A stretch of 64,000 nt of DNA from an uncultured Caldithrix sp. (GCA_964355675.1 CAYHEC010000010.1:41160-105159); one strand, 5' to 3'. Shown: positions 29,700 to 39,970, numbered from the stretch's first letter. Notes: a model not told the origin generated them from the letters alone. Translations and numbers: made by a program.

Positions 29700-30921
29700 A
29701 TTTTAAAATGAGCCACATCTTAATTATGAACTTTTCAATAATGAGTGGGAAGTAAGTCAAAACAATAAAGCGCAAAGCCACACTTTCAGGCATATATCGA
29801 CGTGCCTGACGCAGTTCGTCTCTGGCAAGGGTTTGATAGCCAGCGAGTCTTAATGCATTACCCCACTTCAAATGGAATTTAGACGCACTCACCTTAGCTT
29901 CTTGAAGCTCACTCTCTGGAAGTTGAACAGGTTGACGACCTCGAACGGGGTTTCTTTCTAATTGCTCAAAGATCGAATTCAATCGAATTAGCCAGGTGTG
30001 ATCTTTCAGACATCTTTCTCTGCCGCGTCTGGCAATTTGCTCTCTTTCTTCGTCATGCGATAGATAGTATTCGATCTTTCGGCGAGCCTCATCTGGATCT
30101 CTGAAGCAAACTACTTCCTGATCCAACACAAAACAATCTTCCAATCCGTCGGTGTATTCGGTAAGCAAAAATCCACCGCACATACAAACCTCAAAGACAC
30201 GTGCTTTGAGTGTCTTGATATTTTTGTTATGCACATCTTTTGCAAAATCCAGGTTAATTTTGCTGACATTAAAAACCCTGACCATCTCATCAAAAGGCAG
30301 GAAGCGATTCCAACCTCCGCCAAACTTTTCGATCTTCAGATCCGTCGTTTCTATGGCTGTCATAAACGCCTCGCGGTCAGCTATCTTGGTCCCAACAAAG
30401 GAAACATCATATTCATAGGTAACATTAATCTTCTTAAATAATTCTGGAGATGCGGCGGGGGGAACATAAAAATAGGGGATTTTCAACGACTGGTATTTTT
30501 CTATCACTGATGGTGCTACGGTAACACAATAATCCAGATGAGGGATATAGAGCTTGGTAAAACTATCAAAAGCGGAGTGATCGTCCCAAAACCAACAAAT
30601 TACGATGCAACCTTGCGACCTTATAAAATCAAAAGTCTCTTCCATAACTTCAAATCCCCAGCGTTGGGCGAGCCACAAGACGTATTTAGGTCGCTCCCTT
30701 TTAACCAAATCAATAATTTCTTGGTTGGTTTTCTTCATCCCAACATCGAAATATCTTTTGAACCAATCGTAGCGAACAAATTTTGAAAATACTTGAGGTA
30801 GCGCTTCTGAAAAAGGTCGGTCCTTATCAAAACGCACCAACCCTATAATGCCGTTTTTTCCGGCTAAAGGGTGCTGGCTATAATCGCTGTTGGTCAGCAA
30901 TAATATCTTAGCGTCGATCAT
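29680..30921 (-). CDS. CgeB-like glycosyltransferase (Glyco_trans_1_2 / DUF3880-type)
   Basis: 'KARVFEVCMCGGFLLTEYTDGLEDCF' matches the CgeB-family C-terminal motif. Confidence 0.55.
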   Translation of the reverse strand: MIDAKILLLTNSDYSQHPLAGKNGIIGLVRFDKDRPFSEALPQVFSKFVRYDWFKRYFDVGMKKTNQEIIDLVKRERPKYVLWLAQRWGFEVMEETFDFIRSQGCIVICWFWDDHSAFDSFTKLYIPHLDYCVTVAPSVIEKYQSLKIPYFYVPPAASPELFKKINVTYEYDVSFVGTKIADREAFMTAIETTDLKIEKFGGGWNRFLPFDEMVRVFNVSKINLDFAKDVHNKNIKTLKARVFEVCMCGGFLLTEYTDGLEDCFVLDQEVVCFRDPDEARRKIEYYLSHDEEREQIARRGRERCLKDHTWLIRLNSIFEQLERNPVRGRQPVQLPESELQEAKVSASKFHLKWGNALRLAGYQTLARDELRQARRYMPESVALRFIVLTYFPLIIEKFIIKMWLILKYGKQVE

Positions 30922-30969
30922 ACGGCGTCGCCTTTAACAGGGATTTCAGGTCGTGCTGGTTCTGTGTCC

Positions 30970-32124
30970 TTAGAAGAAATTATCCATAATGCCTTCAAGT
31001 ATGGTAAGCCTCCCATCGTTGACGGACTGATTGTTGCCTATATAGAAGGCGTTGGTGTGTAGGAAATCTGCGTTTTTAAATCCTTCGGCGTTATAGTGTT
31101 TCTTCAGGAAAGGTTGGCGCAGGAGGTTTCCGGCAACGAGTGGGCGGGACTCGATGCCAGCATCGGCAATAATCTTCTGAAACCTTTTCTTTTGTTCACA
31201 GTCCTTAAACAGAAATTGAAGAACAAAAGAGGATATCCCTTCGGATTCCGCTACAATAAGGGCGTCGCTATATTTCTTACATATCTCAACAAAACGGCTA
31301 TAGTTGCGATTCCTTATTTCAATGAATTGGTCTAATTTGTCAAGTTGTGTTAGACCCAAAACCGCGTGGAGTTCAGTGTTTCGAACATTGAACCCGTCGG
31401 TAAGAAATAGAAATTGAAAATCAATGTACGGATACTTAGTTTTGATGTCGTCATGGTATTCAATCGGCAGTTCGCGAGCCAGTCCATGCGACCTTTTCAA
31501 CAACAACAACCGGTATAATTCTTCGTTGTTGGTGCAGACCATGCCGCCTTCGACTGTAGTCATGTGGTGACCCCAGTAAAAGCTGAAGGTGCTGCCTATT
31601 CCGAAGTTCCCAACCTTTACCTTGTCAATAGTGGCTCCATTTGCTTCACAGCAATCCTCCATGATCAAAATGCCACGATCGCCGATGATTTTCTTGATGC
31701 GGGAAATGTTAGCTGGAAACCCGATCAGGTGAGTAATAAATATCGCTTTTGTTCTGTCGGTGATGCATTTCTGAAGCTGATCGTAATCAAAGGAGAAATC
31801 CTGAAGATTGACGTCAACAAAGACAGGTTTCAACCCGCTCTGCATTACCGGGGTAACATTGGTTGTCCATGTAACGGCGGGTACGACAACTTCATCGCCA
31901 TCATTCAAGCCATACATCTCCTTCAAAGCATTGATTAATACCAGATTGGCTGAACTGCCCGAATTGACAAACACGCTATACTTACATCCCTGCCATTTGG
32001 AATAGCGGTTCTCAAATTCTTTTACTTTTGAAAATTGAGTAAATCTGGTTGTTTCCCTGATAAAGGAGACAAGAGTGCTAAGGTCATCTTGACTCAATAT
32101 ATCTTCTTGTAGTTTCCAGAGCAA
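30970..32124 (-). CDS. DegT-family PLP/PMP-dependent sugar 3-dehydratase (ColD / E1-like)
   Basis: DegT-family motifs 'VNSGSSANLVL', 'GDEVVVPAVTWTTN'; the usual Schiff-base Lys is replaced by His in 'GSTFSFYWGHHMTTVEGG', the hallmark of ColD/E1 3-dehydratases. Confidence 0.75.
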   Translation of the reverse strand: MLWKLQEDILSQDDLSTLVSFIRETTRFTQFSKVKEFENRYSKWQGCKYSVFVNSGSSANLVLINALKEMYGLNDGDEVVVPAVTWTTNVTPVMQSGLKPVFVDVNLQDFSFDYDQLQKCITDRTKAIFITHLIGFPANISRIKKIIGDRGILIMEDCCEANGATIDKVKVGNFGIGSTFSFYWGHHMTTVEGGMVCTNNEELYRLLLLKRSHGLARELPIEYHDDIKTKYPYIDFQFLFLTDGFNVRNTELHAVLGLTQLDKLDQFIEIRNRNYSRFVEICKKYSDALIVAESEGISSFVLQFLFKDCEQKKRFQKIIADAGIESRPLVAGNLLRQPFLKKHYNAEGFKNADFLHTNAFYIGNNQSVNDGRLTILEGIMDNFF

Positions 32125-32186
32125 TTTATAAATTCCCCATGGTTGTTTTGCCCGATTTGATCAGTATTCCAGTTTGAAAGTCCATT

Positions 32187-33137
32187 TCAAACCCTGATAT
32201 ATGGGTAATTGGCTACAAACCAATTAATGGTATTTTCAATTCCTTGTTCTATCTTAGTGTATTCGAAATTAGGAAGATATTTCGCCAATTTGGAAGTGTC
32301 GGCAGGTTTGCGGTATTGTCCATCAGACTTGGATGTATCCCAAATCACCTTACCCATAAATCCGATTTTTTCGACTATAGTTTCAATCAGATATTTTATC
32401 GTTACTTCTTCTCCAGTGGAGAAATTAATTGGGGTTTCTTCTTCGTAATATTTCAGTGCCCAAACGGCCAATTTGGCGGCGTCATCAGATAACAAAAACT
32501 CCCTTAATGGCGTCCCGCTCCCCCAGACAATAAAGTCCGTATTATTCTTTTTGGCTAAATAACACTTGTGAATTAGTGATGGAATAGCATGTCCATCTTC
32601 CAGATTCCAGTTATCATTTGGCCCGTACATGTTTGTTGGTATGGCAGTAATGAAATTGCAACCCCATTCGTTCCGGTATGCCCGACTCTGCACATCTAAC
32701 ATCCTTTTTGCATAGGAGTATCCATAATTAGACGGGTGGGGTTGACCGTCATGGATCGCCTCTTCTTTTAACGGGAAGGCAATATTATCGGGATAAACAC
32801 ATGTCGATAGAAAAGACATTAATTTATTTACCTTGATTAGGCGAGAGCATTCTAATACATTAGTATTTATCAATATATTGCTTCTATAGAATTCACCGAG
32901 ATGTGCCATATTTCCGCCCAATCCACCGACTCGAGCCGCCAAATGAATCACGCCTTCGGGATGGATATCCTTAATTATTTTTAAGGTTTCATCAAATTTC
33001 GTAAGGTCGGCATCCTTATGTGTGATAAATACAAAATTCGGGAGATTTAACCTCTGGATGGCGTGACCAACCAATCCATCTCCACCGGTCACTAAAATTC
33101 TACTCATTGATTGCTCCCTGATTGAGATTCCACTCAA
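32187..33137 (-). CDS. GDP-L-fucose synthase-like 3,5-epimerase/4-reductase (Fcl / ColC family)
   Basis: 'RILVTGGDGLVGHAI', 'LAARVGG', 'PTNMYGPNDNW', 'VWGSGTPLREFL' closely match the Fcl family. Confidence 0.8.
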   Translation of the reverse strand: MSGISIREQSMSRILVTGGDGLVGHAIQRLNLPNFVFITHKDADLTKFDETLKIIKDIHPEGVIHLAARVGGLGGNMAHLGEFYRSNILINTNVLECSRLIKVNKLMSFLSTCVYPDNIAFPLKEEAIHDGQPHPSNYGYSYAKRMLDVQSRAYRNEWGCNFITAIPTNMYGPNDNWNLEDGHAIPSLIHKCYLAKKNNTDFIVWGSGTPLREFLLSDDAAKLAVWALKYYEEETPINFSTGEEVTIKYLIETIVEKIGFMGKVIWDTSKSDGQYRKPADTSKLAKYLPNFEYTKIEQGIENTINWFVANYPYIRV

Positions 33138-34116
33138 TCGTTCGTTGTAAACCGTCTTTAAAAGAAATAAACTGCTTTATTTTAAATTCATTACACACTT
33201 TGCTTACGTCAAGCTTTACGATGCCCGGGGCATCCTTCATCATCTTTCCCGTGCCAGCTTCGCACGTTGCTCCATATACTTCAGCAATTAACTGGGCCAT
33301 TTCGTAAATAGATACGGTTTCTGTTGCCCCGACGTTATATAGTAACTCTTTTCCTTCAAGCATTATCTTGAACATCATAAATAGTGCGTCTGAAATATAA
33401 CAATACGAACGAAGATCTTTTCCTTCATCCATTAGTTTGATGTGCTTATCAATAAAGGCTTTTTTCATAAAGTTGCCCATCGCCCGTTCATCATGGATTG
33501 AAAGACCAGGTCCATAGACTAAGGCTACGCGTGCGATCTTGGCATCTACACCAAACTTTCGATTATAGATAAAGCACAGCGCTTCCCCGACTTTTTTAGA
33601 CTCAATATAAGAGGCTCTGCCACTTGAAGTCAGGGAATTTCCTGGATATGATTCCTTCGTCGGTATTTCATTCGGAGGCGGGTTTCCATAAACTTCACTG
33701 GTGCTAAGGAGAAGAAATTTTGCGTTATTTGCCTTGCTGATATCTAATAGGTCTTTGGTAGCGTTTACATTCAGTGAGATAGTTTTTAGTTCATCCCCCA
33801 AGAACATTTTTGGCCCGCTATAACAGGCGGAATGAATTACGAAATCAACAGGATGTGAAAATGAGAAGGGTTGTGAAAGGTCATGAGTGATATAATTAAA
33901 TCTATCATCCTTCCATACCGGAGGATTCTTACTGACACAATGTGCCATAATATTCGCATTATAATATTCATTAGCAGTACTTAACAAGTTCACTATGTAA
34001 TTTCCAATAAGTCCGTTACTGCCTGTTACGAGAAAACGTTTATCGAACAGTGCTTCGAAGTTGCCAAAATTCGTTAGCAGGTTTCGGCAATCTTCTCTAA
34101 TCAAGGTTGAATTCAT
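33100..34116 (-). CDS. NAD-dependent epimerase/dehydratase (UDP-glucuronate decarboxylase-like SDR)
   Basis: 'FLVTGSNGLIGNYI' Rossmann motif and 'YIESKKVGE' YxxxK motif; start taken at internal Met 34116, giving an ATGA stop/start overlap with the upstream gene. Confidence 0.7.
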   Translation of the reverse strand: MNSTLIREDCRNLLTNFGNFEALFDKRFLVTGSNGLIGNYIVNLLSTANEYYNANIMAHCVSKNPPVWKDDRFNYITHDLSQPFSFSHPVDFVIHSACYSGPKMFLGDELKTISLNVNATKDLLDISKANNAKFLLLSTSEVYGNPPPNEIPTKESYPGNSLTSSGRASYIESKKVGEALCFIYNRKFGVDAKIARVALVYGPGLSIHDERAMGNFMKKAFIDKHIKLMDEGKDLRSYCYISDALFMMFKIMLEGKELLYNVGATETVSIYEMAQLIAEVYGATCEAGTGKMMKDAPGIVKLDVSKVCNEFKIKQFISFKDGLQRTIEWNLNQGAINE

Positions 34117-35006
34117 ATTAGCCGTTCGATTTTGTTTTTTATTCCTGGCGCATCCAAGCCCAAGGCAGAACAATGCTGCTCATAGCTTCCATAGTTTGTC
34201 AGGAATTTGTCTTCTATCCCCAAACGAAACTGCCGGACATTTTCAAGACCTTCAAGCGCTCTGGACACTTCATCACCAAGTCCCCCGATAATGTTATGTT
34301 CTTCGATGGTTAGCACCTTGCCAGTTTTAATAGCGCTTTGCCTTATAAGCTCAATGTCCAGTGGTTTGATCGTATGAATGTAAATAATTTCTGCATCCAT
34401 TAATTTCGCTACTGTGATAACATCTTTAAGTTGAGGCCCCGTAACAATGATCGAAAGAGATTTACCTTCTTTAATCTTAATGCCTTCGCCAACCTTTATC
34501 TGGATCGAATCAAATTGAACGCCATGTTTTACCGCGGGTAATCTAAAATAGGTTGGATTGCAATTATTGTAAGTTTGTTTAAAAAGTTCATCGAACTCAA
34601 GCTCGGAGGTTGGATATACAATTTGCATCCCAGACAAGGGTTTTAAAATGGCAAAATCCTCATAACAGTGATGAGTACATCCGAGCGAAGCGTAATCAAA
34701 TGCTGAACCGACGCTAATTATGCTGGCGCCTAACTTTTGATAGCAAAGATCTACTTTGATTTGTTCATAACATCTTTCGAGAATGAAAGGCGCAATGCTG
34801 TGCACTACAGGATACATGCCAGTTGCCGATAAACCAGCCGCCATGCTGATAATTGTTTGCTCGCAAATTCCCAAGTTGTAAAATCGTTCGGGATGTTTAT
34901 TTTGAAAATTCCGTAATAGAAATACACTGATATCGCCCATCAATACGACTAATTTTTCGTCAAAATCGCCGACAGCTTCAATTGTCCGAGAAAATTGATT
35001 TCTCAC
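34113..35006 (-). CDS. Transketolase, C-terminal (pyrimidine-binding) subunit of a split transketolase
   Basis: Pyrimidine-binding and C-terminal regions recognisable; ~300-aa size typical of split TktB-type subunits. Confidence 0.8.
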   Translation of the reverse strand: MRNQFSRTIEAVGDFDEKLVVLMGDISVFLLRNFQNKHPERFYNLGICEQTIISMAAGLSATGMYPVVHSIAPFILERCYEQIKVDLCYQKLGASIISVGSAFDYASLGCTHHCYEDFAILKPLSGMQIVYPTSELEFDELFKQTYNNCNPTYFRLPAVKHGVQFDSIQIKVGEGIKIKEGKSLSIIVTGPQLKDVITVAKLMDAEIIYIHTIKPLDIELIRQSAIKTGKVLTIEEHNIIGGLGDEVSRALEGLENVRQFRLGIEDKFLTNYGSYEQHCSALGLDAPGIKNKIERLI

Positions 35007-35827
35007 TCCAATTCCTTCAGGATGACCTTTAATTCTTCCTCAGTTGGGCTCCTGTGGTGCCAAGTGAAGCCGTTGTTTTCCAAAGTCTTCGATCCTTTCC
35101 CTTTTACCGTGCGAGCGATTACCATTGAAGGTCTATCCGTTTTACAGTTTGAAATAGTTCTAAAGGTTTGTTTCAGCTCATTGATATCATGGCCGTTGAC
35201 ATCATAGACTTTCCAGCCAAACGCTGACCATTTTTCGACCGGGTTAGTAATTGGCAAGCACCTGCTGGTTGATTCATTCAAATCTAAAATTCCAATAAAA
35301 TTATTCAATTTACAATTTGCGGCAACCATAGCGGTTTCCCAGATAGTTCCTTCGTTACACTCTCCATCACCGATCAGAGAATAAACATAATTGGGTTTAC
35401 ATTTTATTTTCATGCTTAACGCGATACCGGCAGCGAATGGAAAACCGTGTCCGAGGGATCCAGTGGAAGCCTCGACTCCCGGAACTTTGTTTCTATCGGG
35501 GTGTCCGCCGAGTGGGCTGTCATATTTACCGAAAGTGATAAGATCATTCTCGGAAATATATCCTGCCTTTTGTAATACCGCATACAAAGCAACGGAAGCA
35601 TGACCTTTACTGAGAATAAAATAATCTCTATCCTCCCAATCCGGGTTTTCCGGGTGATATTTCAGCACATCCTTATAGAGAACAGTCAGTATATCCACGA
35701 TCGAGAAAGAGCTGGGGATATGACCTTCTTTTGCTTCAAAACACAATTTCAGAATTGATTTTCTGATTTCGATTGGATTTATCATTTTAGAGCAATATTT
35801 GGAAAACCGTGAGCGTTTACGGACCAT
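35003..35827 (-). CDS. Transketolase, N-terminal TPP-binding subunit
   Basis: 'GHASVALYAVL' and TPP-binding 'GDGECNEG' motif; overlaps partner subunit by 4 nt. Confidence 0.85.
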   Translation of the reverse strand: MVRKRSRFSKYCSKMINPIEIRKSILKLCFEAKEGHIPSSFSIVDILTVLYKDVLKYHPENPDWEDRDYFILSKGHASVALYAVLQKAGYISENDLITFGKYDSPLGGHPDRNKVPGVEASTGSLGHGFPFAAGIALSMKIKCKPNYVYSLIGDGECNEGTIWETAMVAANCKLNNFIGILDLNESTSRCLPITNPVEKWSAFGWKVYDVNGHDINELKQTFRTISNCKTDRPSMVIARTVKGKGSKTLENNGFTWHHRSPTEEELKVILKELE

Positions 35828-35839
35828 CTCTTGAAATAC

Positions 35840-36657
35840 TTAAGATAATTTGCTTTTAAATCTTTCCATTTCAATAAATATTGAATCTCTACCATTATCA
35901 TAAACCATTAAATAATTTAAGCTTGATAAGTAATTATTGATATTATGATAGTTATAATGGACCGTCTCCACAATCAGAAGACTTGGACGGTATTTTCCCC
36001 AATCATTACTCTTCAATACTTCTAATTCATATCCTTCAACATCTATTGACATAAAATCAATAGTGTCAGATGGTTTCAAGTATTTTTCTAAAATATTAGA
36101 TAAAGGTGCCACTTCGACTTCTATTGTTTTTATGGCGGAAGCTTTATGCCAGATAAATGATTTTCTGCCATTTTATTATTGAAAGAAGATCCGTTACTAA
36201 ATCCTTCTATCATATAAAAATCAGCTTTGCCCAACATTGGACCAATGCCAATGTTCAGATTAATATCTTCTGGCCTAGCCTCAACTAGTTTATTAAAAGG
36301 ACTTAATTGTGGTTCAATGTTAATTCCTCGCCAGCCTTTTAAGTAGAACCTAGTAGCATGAGAAGGAAACTCGTTGGGATCATTGGCTCCTATCTCAACA
36401 TAATACCCATGACTCTTAAAATCTAGGAGAAAATCTATCAACAGATCCTCATGATCATAACCATCATAAGATCCGAAAACCTTATGTATGAATTTTTTGC
36501 CTCTCCCAGAAAAGTCATTATAGTTCGGATCATTGCATTCCTCAGCGTTTTTTGCCAGAATGTTTTTTGCCAGAATAGACTTTATTTTCCTCAAGATTCT
36601 GACAATTAGAGGTGGTATAAAATCTAATAGTGTAATGTGTTTGTTAAAGATCTTCAT
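35840..36657 (-). pseudogene. FkbM-family methyltransferase interrupted by a frameshift (two ORFs 36130..36657 and 35840..36112)
   Basis: Upstream ORF carries 'YYVEIGANDPNEF' (SAM-binding), downstream ORF carries 'IDFMSIDVEGYELEVL' (FkbM C-terminal motif); the two are in different frames, junction near the A5 run around 36127-36131. Confidence 0.55.
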
Positions 36658-36792
36658 GAAAGGTAGTTCCTTGTTGTTTCATGTGAGTATGTGAAAAGGT
36701 TATCTGTTATTTTGTTGCTTCGATTGTCCGTGTCAAAAGCAATATTGTATTTCATGACTCTATGTCATTAAATTTTATGTTGTTCAAAATGA

Positions 36793-38067
36793 TTATTTTA
36801 AACTTAAGCTCCAATTTGTCCCACCCAGAACACAGCTAAAATGCCTCGCTACTGCGCCATAGCGTGCCATTGTGGAACCGGTTTCTATGATGTTAAAACT
36901 TGAAACATTTTTACGTGTATCAATGCTTAGCTTGTTTGGATTGTGTGCAGAAATATAAACAGTATACATGTCAGGGACAAGAAAGTTCTCCCTTATCCGA
37001 ATGGTTGCTTGATACAAACCGGGCTTAAGTTCCACAAACGCCTTATTATTTCCATCAGATAAACTACTAAATAATACATTAACATCATTAGAATTAGATA
37101 ACATAAAAGTGATTTCAGTATCTGTAGTGTGGCGCAATACTCTGAATTCAAGTCCAATCATAAACGGATTCAGAACATCTATATCCGCGCTCAGATTACC
37201 TTGATGGTCAGTTATCCAAACTTTTGTAAAGGATACGTTGGCGTCCAATTGAGGAACCAACGTAACAACTTTAGTTGTTTCTACTCTTTTATCAGTTATA
37301 TACTGGCTTATAATATCAGATACTACTCCAGTACCAGATATTCTGCCATTATCAAGTAATATCGCTTGAGTACACAATGACCGTACCGCTCCCATATTAT
37401 GACTCACAAACAGCACCGTCCGACCCTCGTGCGCGACTTCTCCCATTTTCCCAAGGCATTTTTTCTGAAACTCAACATCGCCAACGGCGAGTACTTCGTC
37501 AATAACAAGTATCTCCGGGTCCAGATGCGCCGCCACCGCGAATGCCAGGCGCACCTTCATGCCCGACGAATACCGCTTGACAGGAGTATCGATAAATTGC
37601 TCAACGCCGGAAAAGTCAACAATCTCATCGAACTTTCTGGTCACTTCAGCTTTTGTCATTCCAAGGATCGCGCCATTCAGAAATACATTCTCCCTACCCG
37701 TCAATTCCGGGTGAAATCCAGTCCCGACCTCAAGCAAAGCCCCGATTCGTCCTTTTATCTTGATCTCACCTGAGGTTGGCGCAGTTATATGTGAGATGAT
37801 TTTTAATAATGTTGACTTACCAGAACCATTCTTGCCGATAATGCCGAGTACCTCACCTTGATTAACTTCAAAGTTTATATCGCGCAACGCCCAGATGTAT
37901 TCGCCGCTCTTGTTGCCATGATCCATCTCGCCGATTTTTAGCAGTGGGTCAGGTTTGCCTCTCGCTCTCGCCCACCAGCGACTAAGGTCTCCTGACAATG
38001 TACCTCCCCCGATAAGTCCCAATTTATAGAACTTAGAGAGGTTTTCGACCTTGATAACGACACTCAT
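36793..38067 (-). CDS. ABC transporter ATP-binding protein for glycan export (Wzt/TagH/KpsT-like) with C-terminal extra domain
   Basis: Walker A 'GKNGSGKST', signature 'YSSGMKVRLAFA', Walker B 'ILVIDEV'; ~180-aa C-terminal extension as in Wzt carbohydrate-binding domains. Confidence 0.9.
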   Translation of the reverse strand: MSVVIKVENLSKFYKLGLIGGGTLSGDLSRWWARARGKPDPLLKIGEMDHGNKSGEYIWALRDINFEVNQGEVLGIIGKNGSGKSTLLKIISHITAPTSGEIKIKGRIGALLEVGTGFHPELTGRENVFLNGAILGMTKAEVTRKFDEIVDFSGVEQFIDTPVKRYSSGMKVRLAFAVAAHLDPEILVIDEVLAVGDVEFQKKCLGKMGEVAHEGRTVLFVSHNMGAVRSLCTQAILLDNGRISGTGVVSDIISQYITDKRVETTKVVTLVPQLDANVSFTKVWITDHQGNLSADIDVLNPFMIGLEFRVLRHTTDTEITFMLSNSNDVNVLFSSLSDGNNKAFVELKPGLYQATIRIRENFLVPDMYTVYISAHNPNKLSIDTRKNVSSFNIIETGSTMARYGAVARHFSCVLGGTNWSLSLK

Positions 38068-38107
38068 TGCGCGCTCAACAGGTCGATGATTGCAGTTACT
38101 ATGCCGC

Positions 38108-38959
38108 TCAAATTGTGTCCTCGAAAGTCCGTTCGACGCGGTTAAACAACGAGATTCCGATCAGAAGGATAGTGATAGACATCACAGCGCTATAGGAAAG
38201 ATAAATTAAATCAGCTTTACCGGCTCCTAAGAAGGCATAACGGAAAGTCTCGATCACTGGCGCCATCGGGTTGGCAACAACAATCCACTTGTATCGTTCG
38301 GGAATGCTCGACACCGGATAAATCACTGGCGTCGCATACATGAACAGGTGAATTCCAAAAGTCACCAAAAATCTTAAATCGCGGTAACGAATCGTCAACG
38401 AGGAGACGATTATGCCTAAGCCCAATCCGAGACTACCCATGATGATCAGAAGAACGGGAGTAAGTAAAATCCAAATATTCGGAGATACGCTGGCTCCGTT
38501 GATCAGAAAATAGATGAGAAAACCAATGAAAAAAAGGAACTGAATTCCGAAGGCTATAATATTAGAAATTACAATACTTACAGGCATTACGAGCCGTGGG
38601 AAATATACTTTGCCGAAGATGGCGGAATTTGCAAGAAATGTTTCCGCTGATTTGGTGATAACATTTGAGAAGTATGTCCAGGCGACCGTGCCAGACATAT
38701 AGAAAAGGAAGGGCGGCAGTCCATCAGTGGATAACTTCGCAACCTTGCCGAATATAATAGTGAACACTACGGACGTCAACAACGGCTGAATTATGTGCCA
38801 GAGCGGGCCGAGAATTGTCTGTTTGTACTGCGCCACAAAGTCGCGCCGCACAAATAGCGATACCAAATCTCTGTAGCGCCACAATTCTTTAAGACGAAGA
38901 TCAAACCACTTGCCCCGTGGCTGAATTACCGTCGTCCACTCAGTCTGGGTTTCCATCAT
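38108..38959 (-). CDS. ABC-2 type permease for glycan export (Wzm/TagG/KpsM-like)
   Basis: 283 aa, six hydrophobic segments, 'RDFVAQYKQTILGPLWHIIQP' N-terminal motif typical of ABC-2 permeases; adjacent to the ATPase. Confidence 0.85.
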   Translation of the reverse strand: MMETQTEWTTVIQPRGKWFDLRLKELWRYRDLVSLFVRRDFVAQYKQTILGPLWHIIQPLLTSVVFTIIFGKVAKLSTDGLPPFLFYMSGTVAWTYFSNVITKSAETFLANSAIFGKVYFPRLVMPVSIVISNIIAFGIQFLFFIGFLIYFLINGASVSPNIWILLTPVLLIIMGSLGLGLGIIVSSLTIRYRDLRFLVTFGIHLFMYATPVIYPVSSIPERYKWIVVANPMAPVIETFRYAFLGAGKADLIYLSYSAVMSITILLIGISLFNRVERTFEDTI

Positions 38960-39088
38960 TTAGTTAATGTCGTGATTATGTCGTTTTCGAGATCCGAACC
39001 AATTTCATCGATTTTGTTCGCCCGGAAAACAGGCATCGTTATCTCGTGATTAGAACGCAAATTATGATTTCCTCCGATGCTATGCAAA

Positions 39089-39970
39089 TTAGTTTTCCAC
39101 ATCATAAGTACTCAGTATATTTTCTAATTCTGATAGAAGTTGTCGTAATGAATCGAGAGAGTCATAACGAAGACTTATGCGGTTTTTAAAGATGTGGACA
39201 GAATCATTAGCTTTGGCGAATTGTTTTAGTTCGGGCAGGACATCCCATTTCTCGTTTGGGTTCCTCTTTTGTTTGCGACGGATAATTTCGTCATCGATCA
39301 ATTGCTTGAATTGCTCCAAGTCAAGGCTGGCGCCTCTCAAGATCAGCTTTGCCCTAAGGCGCTCAATAGGAATCTTCGATAATGCCAGCGCTTTCTTCAA
39401 TGAAAGGGTCTTGTCGGCGATTGCCTTTTTCAGGTCCGCTGGTAGAAGCAAGAGTGATAAGCGATCATTCACAAAAGACGCAGACTTACCGATTTTGGTG
39501 GCAATATCCCGGTAGGTTAATCCAAGTTGTTCGATTAATTGCTTGATGGCTCTGGCTTCCTCCATCGGTTCCAAGTCAGAGCGTTGCAAGTTCTCTATCA
39601 GGGAATATAGAAGGAAATCTTCTTGTGACAGATCTAACACAATACAAGGAACAGCTGTCAATTCTGCGCGCTTGGCCGCTTCCAATCTACGGTGACCAGC
39701 AATCAGAATATAGTGCTTGCGACCTTTGCGAATAACCAGCAAAGGCTCAAGGACCCCAACGTCTTTTATTGAGGCGGTGAGCTCATCAAGCGAGCGTTGG
39801 TCGTTCTCAACCCGTAGTGGAAATGAATTGGGGTAAAGAAATCCAATCGGCATCAGTTGGGCGTTCTGAAGAGGTTCAGGTTTGTTCGATGGAAGAGTTT
39901 GACCGAACGCTTCATGAAGTTCAGGCGCCTGCAGACCTATTGCAGGATTGTTATCAGGGTCGTAAGGCAA
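39089..39970 (-). CDS. ParB/Spo0J-family protein (ParB N-terminal CTP-binding domain + HTH), orphan
   Basis: 'LEPLLVIRKGRKHYILIAGHRRLEAAKRA' (GxRR box) and HTH-like 'LTYRDIATKIGKSASFVNDRLSLL'; no ParA gene in the window. Confidence 0.8.
   Translation of the reverse strand: MPYDPDNNPAIGLQAPELHEAFGQTLPSNKPEPLQNAQLMPIGFLYPNSFPLRVENDQRSLDELTASIKDVGVLEPLLVIRKGRKHYILIAGHRRLEAAKRAELTAVPCIVLDLSQEDFLLYSLIENLQRSDLEPMEEARAIKQLIEQLGLTYRDIATKIGKSASFVNDRLSLLLLPADLKKAIADKTLSLKKALALSKIPIERLRAKLILRGASLDLEQFKQLIDDEIIRRKQKRNPNEKWDVLPELKQFAKANDSVHIFKNRISLRYDSLDSLRQLLSELENILSTYDVEN

Noticed and set aside
39089-39970. Plasmid or chromosome partition locus (parAB)
   Set aside because: Only ParB is present; no Walker-type ParA ORF nearby, so annotated as an orphan ParB-family protein.
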